NCBI GenBank assembly: GCA_030704615.1
Contig: JAKLZA010000308.1
Span: 1 to 46,391, forward strand
Reading direction: 5' to 3'
DNA: 46,391 bases
From: Takakia lepidozioides
Lineage: Eukaryota > Plantae > Bryophyta
The notes under the pieces are model-generated. The model searched no databases, had not been told where the DNA came from, and saw nothing but the letters and a program-made list of their open reading frames with translations. Positions within the stretch are counted from its first letter, which is position 1. Each line of letters opens with the position of its first letter. Below, piece after piece: positions 23,198 through 35,215 of the stretch. The position numbers and the translations under genes were made by a program.

Positions 23198-24855
23198 CAT
23201 ACCGGCTGATTTCTTACTTTACGGATGACGTCCGAATCTGGTTAATTTCGGTAATTACCCTACTTGGATCTTTGGTTTATAAGGTCATGAGGTTTCTATC
23301 CTAATGAATGCCAAATGATTTTCATCCCTATCTAGATGTCATCCCTGGCACAGGGATGAAAAATCGGGATTTTATCAACCGTTTGTTGATGGAGCTCATC
23401 CCGTGCGGATGAAATCGCGGGGAAATAGCTTCATCTCCTCCCTGCCCTAATTTTCTACACGACAATCGTGCTTAAGGTTTGCTGGAACTGAGGGATGGTG
23501 GCGGAGTGCGCATTGAGCCCGATTCAAGGCCTTTTGATTACTATGGTGTTGCGTAATTAAGGTCTGCAGGGTTTCTGGCAAGATTCCAGTACTTTCTTCC
23601 TCTCTTGGGGTGCGCAATGGCGGCAGTGCCTTCAATTTCCCTGTGGCGGTTGTCTCTCATGTTGGCGGGCGATCTACTCAGCTTGTGATCGTTTGTTGTG
23701 CCCTTCATTGATCATTAAGATACAGCGGCGCATCTTAAGACCTCAGGGAAGTGAATGAACCTGTTAAAATGCCTGGGCAATCCACTCTTTTTGTGTTTTG
23801 TTGTTTGTTGTATTGGGAGCCATTTGCAGGCTTCTCTTCCGCAAACCATCGAGGTGATGGCTTTTTTATGCTCTGATTTCTTTCTACTCCTGCTTTGGAA
23901 TGCATGTTGTACAGCGATAACAGCGTGAGACCTGTGATTCACCTGGGGTTCCACAATCCTTACTAACCCGTCGGTTTTTGTAGGGGCTTGTGGGGACCAG
24001 GTGAGGGTCCTCACTTAATATGATTCTTTGAGCTTGAAGTTGAATGAAATCGAGCTACTGATGCGACGCCGCAACTTCTGTATCTTTGGGGGAGAAGACC
24101 TCTTTCTGCCTCTTTGCATTGATCTTTCTGGCCTTTGTTCTTAACCTTCTATGGTGGACAACGATTCATTAGGATATTTCTCTCTTGTTCCCTGTGGCCT
24201 TCTGTTGTGACACCGGAGCAATTATATGACGAGCTGGCTGTTTTAAGATATCTAGTACCAAGCAGCAAAGTGGGGGAGCTCTGTTTTTTGACCAAACAGT
24301 GTCCTTTATTGTAAACCTCGGAAAGCCTGGATTCTGTTACGAGCAGGCTGTTTTAGGACATTTGGTGCCATGCAAAATTGTAGGGTGGCTCTTCTTCGAC
24401 CAGATAATGTCTTTGGTTACAAGCCCCTGGATGCTTGGCTTTTTTAATGGACAATGTCCACGGTGGTAAGCACTTGCTGGCTGTTAAGAAGTTGATTCAG
24501 GCCCTGTGTTCATGTTGCCTTAGGATAAATATGCCGTGGCAGCTTACTAGCCTGTTGGAATGAACAATTCAGACCCCGTGATACTACTCTATGATGGTAA
24601 ACTGATTAGAAAAATATCTGCAATTTTAATATGGTGTTTGTGTTACCAAAACAGACTGGAATTCGTTTTCCAGCGTGCAATGTAGACATTGGTGGTAATT
24701 GTAGCAATCTGAATACTTGCTTGCTATTCAACACCTTGTTAACGCATTTCTACACTAGCCCCAGACCTAAACCAGGTCGTGGGACAAAAAACAAGGTATC
24801 CGGTTATACCCTAGTGTGTAATTTGCTTAGAAAATGTCTGCAGCTCTGATATGGT
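23198..24855 (+). repeat. Macrosatellite continuation (+), ending at an inversion junction
   Basis: Resumes exactly at the TSD and matches monomer positions ~3364-5000. Confidence 0.95.
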
Positions 24856-26575
24856 CGGGACATGGACAAGACCAAACAAGGTCTTTGTCAAATTAACGAC
24901 AAATCAGCCTCATAACAAGGCATTATCAATCATCCTTCATTCAAAAACCAGTCTTAAAAAGGCATACATCTGATTTCAAAGTAAATGAAATGAATGGGTG
25001 GGGGGGGTGGGATTACATAAAGAACCCCCCCTATATAAATCAGCTTTATATTCAGCAAAACAGGGACCCAAACAAGTGTTACATGTTTGGGTATGTTTCA
25101 TATGGAATATTTACAACTGTGCATAGCAAGAATAAGTGTTCAGCTTGCCAAAATTGCCACCCTCGATTACATTGAAAGCCTGGAAAAGAAGTTCCAGCTT
25201 TGTTTTGTTTAACACCTTCACCATATCAGAGCTGCAGACATTTTCTAAGCAAATTACACACTAGGGTATAACCGGATACCTTGTTTTTTGTCCCACGACC
25301 TGGTTTAGGTCTGGGGCTAGTGTATAATTGCGTTAACAAGGTGTTGAATAGCAAGCAAGTATTCAGATTGCTACAATTACCACCAATGTCTACATTGCAC
25401 GCTGGAAAACGAATTCCAGTCTGTTTTGGTAACACAAACACCATATTAAAATTGCAGATATTTTTCTAATCAGTTTACCATCATAGAGTAGTATCACGGG
25501 GTCTGAATTGTTCATTCCAACAGGCTAGTAAGCTGCCACGGCATATTTATCCTAAGGCAACATGAACACAGGGCCTGAATCAACTTCTTAACAGCCAGCA
25601 AGTGCTTACCACCGTGGACATTGTCCATTAAAAAAGCCAAGCATCCAGGGGCTTGTAACCAAAGACATTATCTGGTCGAAGAAGAGCCACCCTACAATTT
25701 TGCATGGCACCAAATGTCCTAAAACAGCCTGCTCGTAACAAATCCAGGCTTTCCGAGGTTTACAATAAAGGACACTGTTTGGTCAAAAAACAGAGCTCCC
25801 CCACTTTGCTGCTTGGTACTAGATATCTTAAAACAGCCAGCTCGTCATATAATTGCTCCGGTGTCACAACAGAAGGCCACAGGGAACAAGAGAGAAATAT
25901 CCTAATGAATCGTTGTCCACCATAGAAGGTTAAGAACAAAGGCCAGAAAGATCAATGCAAAGAGGCAGAAAGAGGTCTTCTCCCCCAAAGATACAGAAGT
26001 TGCGGCGTCGCATCAGTAGCTCGATTTCATTCAACTTCAAGCTCAAAGAATCATATTAAGTGAGGACCCTCACCTGGTCCCATCACAAGCCCCACAAAAA
26101 CCGACAGGTTAGTAAGGATTGTGGAACCCCAGGTGAATCACAGGTCTCACGCTTGTTATCGCTGTACAACATGCATTCCAAAGCAGGAGTAGAAAGAAAT
26201 CAGAGCATAAACAAGCCATCACCTCGATGGTTTGCGGAAGAGAAGCCTGCAAAATGGCTCCCAAGACCAACAAACACAACAAACAAAAAGAGTGGATTGC
26301 CCAGGCATTTTAACAGGTTCATTCACTTCCCTGAGGTCTTAAGATGCGCCGCTGTATCTTAATGATCAATGAAGGGCACAACAAACGATCACAAGCTGAG
26401 TAGATCGCCCGCCAACATGAGAGACAACCGCCACAGGGAAATTGAAGGCACTGCCGCCATTGCGCACCCCAAGAGAGGAAGAAAGTACTGGAATCTTGCC
26501 AGAAACCCTGCAGACCTTAATTACGCAACACCATAGTAATCAAAAGGCCCTGAATCGGGCTCAATGCGCACTCCG
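24856..26575 (-). repeat. Macrosatellite, inverted orientation
   Basis: Reverse complement of the monomer, starting CGGGACATGGACAAG (equivalent to 2049 downward). Confidence 0.95.
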
Positions 26576-26647
26576 GGGGCTGCTATTTCATGAGCGGCAT
26601 GAGCATGAGCGGCATGAGCATGAGCGGAAAAAAAAAAAGCATGAGCA
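26575..26647 (+). repeat. Left TIR with subterminal CATGAG(CGG) repeats
   Basis: Inverted match to 41215-41269; tandem CATGAGCGG/CATGAG units. Confidence 0.9.
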
Positions 26648-26810
26648 GACCATTGTGAGTCCACGGAAATAGGGTTAGGAGGCACGGAAATAGGGTCATG
26701 TGAAGTTGGAATGTGGCACCAGTGGACTTAAAATGCAACATTTTATTGCAAATTTTGTGGCAAGCCACGTCTATACAAGTGTGTTCTAACTGTCATAGCC
26801 GGAATGGGCA

Positions 26811-29800
26811 CTACTCTCCTACACCCTCCGAGGAACTTGCCCCACCTTCTTCCTCATCCCCCTCATCCCCCTCATCCTCCGAGCTCTGTGATGCATCAGT
26901 TCCACTATGCCTCTCAAAAATCCCGTCCTCTCCTTGGGGGACTGTCCACCTCACCTCCTGGGAATCTTCTGCGTCTTCTCCCCCACTTTCCTCAGCAGAA
27001 TCCAACACAAATCTACGAACCCGACGGGCTCTAATAGCTGCTGCCTCCTCCCTCATCTTCATTTTCTTGAGGCTTGCCTCGTCTAAAATCTGCTGTACAC
27101 GACTACGTTCGGAACACCTCCTAATGGACACCGAAGCAAGCCGGGCAGCATAAGTAGGCAGGATGTACTCCCTTTCTGGACTAGGCATGAAATCTCCCCT
27201 GGCAAAAAAAGGCACGTTCCTCCTGCCCATGAACTCCGGTGTAGACGTCCCTCCGGCAGTACTTGGCATCCTACAGTAAGAACAAATCCACTTGAAGAAT
27301 GTCAATACCAGCACAACCAGAAAGGGTTTTCAATGAAATAAGAGAGCGGAGGGAGGTGCCTCACAAAATCTGGAGGCAACTTACAATGCCACCACTCACT
27401 CGTAAACCGGGGGCTCCTCGGCCTCGATCCCAACTTCCTCCCCCTGCTCCTTCTCGGATTTTTCCTCATCCTCCGAGGATGCCTCTTCCTCTTTCGGCAG
27501 ACGTTCAGCCGCTGCAAGTTCCGAGTTGTGGAGGGCAGTATCTGGCTCGAAGGCGAACACATGCCTGTCGGACAACGTCCCTGCCCACATTGAAGCACCT
27601 GAGGAACAAAGCGGGCGGTTAATAGCTTGCGGCATGCAATTGCAATGGGGCCAGGGGACAAACTGAGCACGTGAAGGCTTACCCGTGCCGCATGTGAGGT
27701 CCAGAATCCGCCCTTGGACATCCGAGCACGTCTCCATGAGGGTTTGGATGAAAGCAGGGCTTCGGGTCCGGCTGTACCGCCACGGTTTGCCTGTCTTTGT
27801 GTCCTTCGGCATACTAGAGTGGGGCACATAGTTGTAGAGGACATCGTAGGTTACAGGGTCCACAGCGGCATCAACAAGACGACCGTCGTTGCGGAATTTG
27901 AACGTAGACCCTCTCTTCACAAAGCAATATGCCTCAAACACCAATGTCTGCACATCCAACAAAGAAGGGATCAATTCCAGGGTCTACTTAACATACACCA
28001 CAATATGAAGTGAATGCAATAGATTGATAACTTACACTTTGGCCCTCTGTTCGCAACCCCTGCGTACTGATGCAGAACCATTTTCTGAGGAGGACCGGGG
28101 TGACACTTTTCGGTGTCCACCTTGCCACCGCATTCTCTGTGGTCTTCCCTCTCGTGGCAAGGACAACCACACATCCACCGTCATCCAGAAGCATCCCCGC
28201 CAGCCCAAACCCGGCTTTCCAGTAGTCCTCAGTAAACCTGTTCCAGGTGGGCACACCATCCAGGCCCTCCAGCAGCTCCCCATCTGGAATGTCGAGGAGA
28301 ATCATGTCGCAAGCTCTCTCCACCTCAACCCCCCCCCGAGTGCTCTTGCAATTCGTGCTCACAGCCGTGAAGAATTCCATCATGGCTTCAAAACCAGGGG
28401 TGTCTTTAGGCTCTGTACCGGCAGCCCTCTTCTTGGCTTTTCCCTTCTGCTCCGCCAGAGACTTGTTGTGTGCCACCTTCTTCGCCCTGGCAGCGAGAGC
28501 GTCAAGGAAGCTCTCATTGACGCATTGGATGATGGTTGGAGGTTCTAGCTTTGGCCTGTGCGTAAACGTCACCGCCGAATACCGCCGTGTAGGCTCGCCC
28601 TCAAATGCCAACTTCTTGGCAGAGCCAGTCCCACTCCGAACTGACTTGGGAACCCGGACGACCGGTGACTGGGTAGGAGCAACAGCAGTCGCAGGACCTT
28701 GAACAAAATCGGCGTCGGAGTCACTCTCTTGGGTCCCCTCCTGCGCCTCCTCCGATGCCCCGATGGTTTTCTTCTTTTTGGGTGTTACTGCAGTCACCTG
28801 TTTCCTTGTCCTTTTCCTTTGACCTTTACTCTTCTCATGCAATTTCTCTTGAATTCCTGCCTGAGCAAGCTCTGCCGCTTTCCTGGAGTTCGCAAGCGCT
28901 TTTGCCTCTTTTGCACCCAACGGAGGCAGCGGAGCCCGGTTTCGTCGGAATTCAGCATCCAGCTTCAATTGAAACTCGGATGGGTCGAGCGAGCCGGGCG
29001 GAAGGTCCACATACCAAGGGCAATCACGCAAATGTTCCAGATGCCACTCCTTCACAATATCGTCAGTGTACATGGAGTCAGCCCCAGGGTTCCTCCATGC
29101 CAGGAAGAATGGTGGCTCGAAAGACAGATGACCTTTCTCCAAAAGCGAGAACTTACAGTACCTGCATTCATGAAAAACCCAATGAGGTCCGAAAATGGCT
29201 AACTCCCTGAACGGCAATAGGGCCTACAACTGGAATATGGCGCCGAATTTCCACTTCAGGGCCACCCAGTGTAGGGACTTAGCCCGAAAATGGCTAAGTC
29301 CCTGGACGGCAATACGGCCTGGAACTGGAAAACGGCGCCGAATTTCCACTTCCGGGCCAGCCACCCTAGGGACTTACACAAAAAATGGCTAAGTCCCTGG
29401 ACGGCAATAGGGCCTAGAACTGGAATACGGCGCCGAATTTCCAGTTCCGGGCCAGCCACCCTAGGGACTTAGACCGAAAATGGCTAAGTCCCTGGACGGC
29501 AATAGGGCCTGGAACTGGAATATGGCGCCGAATTTCCACTTCAGGGCCAGCCAGTCTAGGGACTTGGCCCGAAAATGGCTAAGTCCCTGGACGGCAATAG
29601 GGCCTAGAACTGGAATACGGCGCCGAATTTCCAGTTCCGGGCCAGCCACCCTAGGGACTTAGACCTAAAATGGCTAAGTCCCTGGACGGCAATAGGGCCT
29701 GGAACTGGAATATGGCGCCGAATTTCCACTTCAGGGCCAGCCAGTCTAGGGACTTAGCCGGAAAATGGCTAAGTCCCTGGACGGCAATAGGGCCTAGAAC

Positions 29801-32800
29801 TGGAATACGGCGCCGAATTTCCAGTTCCGGGCCAGCCACCCTAGGGACTTAGACCGAAAATGGCTAAGTCCCTGGACGGCAATAGGGCCTGGAACTGGAA
29901 TATGGCGCCGAATTTCCACTTCATGGCCAGCCAGTCTAGGGACTTAGCCCGAAAATGGCTAAGTCCCTGGACGGCAATAGGGCCTAGAACTGGAAAACGG
30001 CGCCGAATTTCCAGTTCCGGGCCAGCCACACTAGGGACTTAGCCCGAAAATGGCTAAGTCCCTGAACGGCAATAGGGCCTGGAACTGGAAAATGGCGCCG
30101 AATTTCCAGTTCCGGGCCAGCCAGTCTAGGGACTTTGCCATTTTCGGAGCCCTGACTGGAAATTCGGCGCCATTTTCCCTAACACCACTTAGGCCTCTAA
30201 CATCCTGAAATGCCAGGACTTGAAAGAAAGGCAGCGCGTATGTACCTGTACAGAAGGCGCATTGCTGCTTTGTCCGCGTTCGGCTGGTCGGTGAACTCGT
30301 GGCTCCGGCGAGCATCTGCTATCTCCCGAAAGAATAGGTTGGTTTTGTAGAGCAGAAAGTACCTCGTCACATAGTCACGCAGGCTCTCTGCTGCAGGAGA
30401 TATCTCCATCTTGAACTGATGTGCTTGTGTGTCCAGCTGCTCTTGCGCATTCGTCGTCACCTGTGGAGATTGTCCATCAGATCGCTTTCCTCAAAAAATA
30501 CAATGAATCAACCCCCTACTAGAGTACAAGCCCCAAACGAAGCGTGGGGAAGTACCTGAAACCACCATGTCATGCGGTTCATCCACATGTCGAATGTGGG
30601 GTCAGAGAGTTTGTCCGGTTTGGGGAAGCTCCACATGTCCCTGGTACTTTGGGAACCATTCCAGATTTGGAGCCACCGGGTCTGTCCAACCACCCAGCAT
30701 ATTCGTAAGCGCCAAACACCACAAAAAGGAGTTGTTGCCACCACAATTTGGTTAAGAATGTATCACCTTTTCTGTTGCATCCACACAGGATGTGGCTAGA
30801 CGATGGAGCTTCTCCAATGTCATCGTGGGCTTCAGAGCGCGAGAGTAGTGCTTTCCCACCTCCACCAGAAAGTCGGCACCAAGGGCGGGATCAGCTATGG
30901 CCACGTACTTTACCATCCGCGACTTGTACTTTATGCGGGCCCTCACCTCCGCAGCTTTGACATACGATTCGAGTTCCGGGAGGGTTGGATTCTTCTCCTC
31001 TGACTCCATGTAGAACCTCCGCGCATGTGCCAAATCCTGCTGTATTTTCGTCTGTCGAAAAGCAGCACATAAGATTAGAGATCCTGCTCAACACAATTTC
31101 TTCTATTGGGGGAGGAGAGACAAATTAGCTCAACAAAACTGCAGGAGCTTTACCCGAAATATGTAGTCCACCATGGCGTCGACGCTCAGCCTATACCAGG
31201 TTCTGTCTGCCTTTGCCTCCGACTTGCGCAGGAGGTCGGCACTGAGGGAATTGGCAAACTCTTCCACCCCCTGCCTCCCGACATCCTTCACTCGGAAGAG
31301 CATATGGGACAAGTTGGTGGCAATGAAGGCATTCTCAGTCACCCTGCAGTGCCACATTTCCATCAAACAATACTGAAATGGGAATTTTCATCATATATGA
31401 GGATTCGCAATGAAATGACTTCCAAATTCAAAGTCCAAAAGCGAGAGGGGTTGTAGCTTACGAGTTGATGTCGGCCATTGCAGCTTTGAGAAGACTGCGA
31501 TCTTTGGGCCCCGCAACCTTCAGCACAACACAATCGACGGCGAAATGCCAATCGAGATCGTTGGGGTGGGCTTGGGCAATGTGCTCCATCCATGCCAGGA
31601 GGCGATGATTGCCGTCCCACACGTAGAACATCTTACCGGACATGTGCTGGAAAAGAGGATCACTAGCAATCGATCTCTCGAACTCCTCATTTCGCGTTTG
31701 CCAATGGGGACCCCATTTGTCCACCTCATCGGAAGTGTGGGCACGGGAAGCTCCGTGGTCGTTCTCAATGGAAACGTAAAAGGCGGCAGACCCCATTCGA
31801 TATCCATCCCGGAAAGAGAATTTCAGCTTGTCGATATCGCCTGGGAGGGCAGGTCTCACCACCTGCAATGACACCAAGCGGCAAAGGGGAATTCGAAGCT
31901 TGGCCGGGTACACCATGCCCCCCAGCACCCTGCCAATGTTGCTGTGGGTTGCCTCCAACATCTTGGCAGCGGCCAACTTCATATCCGCCTCAGACATGAC
32001 GTCTGCTGCAGAGGGGTTTTCCGGCAGCCCACCAAGACCGCCAAATCCAGCCTGTATGCTCCGGGTTTGGGGCCTGGGGATGTCCGGGAGAATGTCATCC
32101 TGGTCAGAAACATCCATGTCGTCCTCCTCAACAGGGTCAGCCACCTGCGAAACCACCTCCAGCACTCTCGTCGTCTCTACTGCCCTCTCCCTGGCTTCAC
32201 CTCGAACTTGCACAATCGGTGCTCTTTCAGGTGTTCTTTCCTCTCCTCCACTCTCCACCGTATGGGTAATTGCGGGGGCTGCACTTGCCCGCGATGGTCT
32301 AACCGGTGTGCTACTGCCTCTCTGTGGTGTCTTGTAGGGATCCACCGTCTCTGTGTGTCCCTCGCTTACATTGGCATCTGTCATTTGGGCACCCCGGGCC
32401 TCTTCAGCTGCCTTTTGTCTTTCCTCCTTGCTAGCATTCTGTCTCGTCTGTTCTTTTGCCCTCTCTTTTGCCCTCTCACGGGCTTTCTGTTTCTTACTAG
32501 GGCTAGCAACAGGGGAGCCCTCCAGGACGACCACCTTTGATTGAGGCGAACTGACACCCTCGCGCGCACTGCTCACTCCCCCCTCCGCAGCCCGTGACTG
32601 CTCTCTCGCCGGGGATTGCATGTGCTTAGCTTTCTTCTTTTTCTTTGCGTGGGCGGGCCCTACTGCATGTGCATGAACAACCTCCATTGCCGGATCTGCT
32701 GTCCTCATGTCCTCACGCCCTTCACCTGCCATGCCGCCTGCACCAACCTCCCCAATGCCTACTCTATCGTAATCTCGTTGCAAGTCCTCCCGTCCACCAA

Positions 32801-33427
32801 CAAAAGATTTAAGTTTGCCCTCTCGCCCCAAGTTGGGCGATTCAAACATGCGATGAGTTGGAGCTGTCGATGATACCACCAGCGTGCCGGGCTCGTCGTC
32901 ACTCTGTGATTGACAAAAATCGTGAACACCAACAGTGGTGCAAAAAGCAGCAGCGCAACCACCATAGCAGCAATCATGTAGCAAAAATGAAAACATAACA
33001 AGTTTAGGAAGTATGGAGAGCCATGCAACAACAATGAAAACAAATGCAACCATTGCCTAAGAATGACATGCACAAGCAGCCTTCTCCAGAGCTGCCGGAT
33101 TTGCACACGCATTGCAAACAATCTAAGGTTCAGTCAACTATCTAAAGTTCACTCATAAAGCAAAGCCAGGATGAAGATGCAGAAACAAAGCGAGGTAACG
33201 AAGCGAAAGCAAAAAAGAAATCGAACAAACCGAAAGCAGAAGTGGCTTGCCTGAGAGTACTCGGCTTCAGTTGGCGCAGGTTGTGAGCAAGACACTGGAA
33301 TCTCCTGCTGGAGCTTCAGTTTGGCCATGCGAGAGATTGGCCGTCGTCCGTAGTACAGAGCTTTCAACTTCCGCCGCGGTCTGGATCTGAGGTCTCTCTC
33401 AGGAGAGCCACGCCCTTCAGGCGGCAT
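26811..33427 (-). CDS. 10-exon cargo gene (~1,494 aa): ParB/Sulfiredoxin-like domain plus N6A/N4C (beta-class) DNA methyltransferase-like domain and acidic tail
   Basis: Exons on - strand: 33427-33251 (GC donor, least certain), 32903-31462, 31343-31154, 31051-30767, 30681-30556, 30460-30246, 29161-28036, 27947-27683, 27598-27400, 27270-26811. All other introns are GT-AG with matching phases. Total 4485 nt in one frame. Motifs FYVWDGNHRLLAW, CDMILLDIPDG, and RSPAFIQTLMETCSDVQGRILDLTCGTGASMWAG..SDRHVFAFEPD. Confidence 0.8.
29190..30180. repeat. 95-bp tandem array (10 units, 190-bp dimer) inside the 1084-bp intron of the cargo gene
   Basis: GGCGCC cores at 29239, 29334, 29429 ... 30094. Each unit has two inverted repeats (GGGACTTAGCC..GGCTAAGTCCC and GGAACTGGAA..GGCGCC..TTCCAGTTCC). 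Confidence 0.95.
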
Positions 33428-33654
33428 AAGTCCCAGCCAAAAAGATCTCCTTTTTTGGGGTACATGCCTGGAATACCATGTTAAGCCAAGTATAGCATGA
33501 GATTTAGGGTACGTGTCCAGGAAGCCATGCGTCGCCAGCCCGAATAATAAGCGACGGCCGTCGACATTTATTGCCCAACTGCGCAATTAAATGTCGGATG
33601 AAGCCCTCCATGTCGGAAGAAAATAGACGAAAACAGTCCCGGAATTTCCCTCAC

Positions 33655-34770
33655 GCAGGTAATTCGGAAGCGCGCGGATGGAAATCCGGCGCCGAATTTC
33701 CATCCGCGCAGGTAGGGCGGTTCGCCAAATTTCCTTCAAGCAGGTAATTCGGATGCGCGCGGATGGAAATCCGGCGCCGAATTTCCATCCGCGCAGGTAA
33801 TTCGGATGCGCGCGGATGGAAATCCGGCGCCGAATTTCCATCCGCGTAGGATGGCGGTGCGCCAAATTTCCTTCAAGCAGGTAATTCGGATGCGCGCGGA
33901 TGGAAATCCGGCGCCGAATTTCCATCCGCGCAGGTAATTCGGATGCGCCCGGATGGAAATCCGGCGCCGAATTTCCATCCGCGCAGGTAGGGCGGTGCGC
34001 CAAATTTCCTTCAAGCAGGTAATTCGGATGCGCGCGGATGGAAATCCGGCGCCGAATTTCCATCCGCGCAGGTAGGGCGGTGCGCCAAATTTCCTTCAAG
34101 CAGGTAATTCGGATGCGCGCGGATGGAAATCCGGCGCCGAATTTCCATCCGCGCAGGTAATTCGGATGCGCCCGGATGGAAATCCGGCGCCGAATTTCCA
34201 TCCGCGCAGGTAGGGCGGTGCGCCAAATTTCCTTCAAGCAGGTAATTCGGATGCGCGCGGATGGAAATCCGGCGCCGAATTTCCATCCGCGCAGGTAATT
34301 CGGATGCGCCCGGATGGAAATCCGGCGCCGAATTTCCATCCGCGCAAGTAGGGCGGTGCGCCAAATTTCCTTCAAGCAGGTAATTCGGATGCGCGCGGAT
34401 GGAAATCCGGCGCCGAATTTCCATCCGCGCAGGTAATTCGGATGCGCGCGGATGGAAATCCGGCGCCGAATTTCCATCCGCGTAGGATGGCGGTGCGCCA
34501 AATTTCCTTCAAGCAGGTAATTCGGATGCGCGCGGATGGAAATCCGGCGCCGAATTTCCATCCGCGCAGGTAATTCGGATGCGCCCGGATGGAAATCCGG
34601 CGCCGAATTTCCATCCGCGCAGGTAGGGCGGTGCGCCAAATTTCCTTCAAGCAGGTAATTCGGATGCGCGCGGATGGAAATCCGGCGCCGAATTTCCATC
34701 CGCGCAGGTAGGGCGGTTCGCCAAATTTCCTTCAAGCAGGTAATTCGGCGCCGAATTTCCATCCTGCAGG
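33655..34770. repeat. Array of 53-bp and 32-bp modules, each 53-mer holding a near-perfect 38-bp palindrome
   Basis: GCGCGGATGGAAATCCGGCGCCGAATTTCCATCCGCGC repeated; 85-bp and 138-bp higher-order units. Confidence 0.95.
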
Positions 34771-35215
34771 TAAGTCGGATCGGTGCCATATGGATATTCG
34801 GCGCCGAATTTCGATTCGCCATTTATTTCTGAGCGAGGAATTACCTCCGTGCAGGTAATTCCCATATAAGAATTACCTTCGTGCAGGTAATTCACATACA
34901 AGAATTACCTTCATGCAGGTAATTTCCAGATGAGAATTACCTTTGTGCAGGTAATTCTGGACGAGGAATAAACATCGATTGGAATTACCTGCAGGAAGGT
35001 AATTGTCATCTGGAAATTACCTGCACAAAGGTAATTCTTGTATGCGAATTACCTGCACGAAGGTAATTCCTCGCTCAGAATTAAATGGCGAGTGGAAATC
35101 CGGCGCCGAATATCCATACGGCACTGATCCGACTTACCTGCTGGATGGAAATTCGGCGCCGAATTTCCATTCATCCACGATTCGAATTACCTGCAGGATG
35201 GAAATTCGGCGCCGA
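34740..35215. promoter_or_regulatory. Imperfect inverted repeat (~230-bp arms) centred near 34970, with seven AATTACCT-N-AGGTAA(TT) dyads, between the divergent genes
   Basis: 34768-34860 is the reverse complement of ~35048-35140. A regulatory role is inferred from position only. Confidence 0.6.

Noticed and set aside
26668-26680. TAGGGTTAGG telomere-like motif
   Set aside because: Fewer than two units; part of a short CACGGAAATAGGGT duplication.
27599-27682. 84-bp stop-free in-frame intron splitting the SAM-binding motif, as a regulated retention switch
   Set aside because: The equivalent intron in the paralog contains a stop and differs in length, so read-through is probably chance.
29195-30315. 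Series of ~60-aa ORFs at 190-bp intervals
   Set aside because: Products of the intronic 95-bp repeat.
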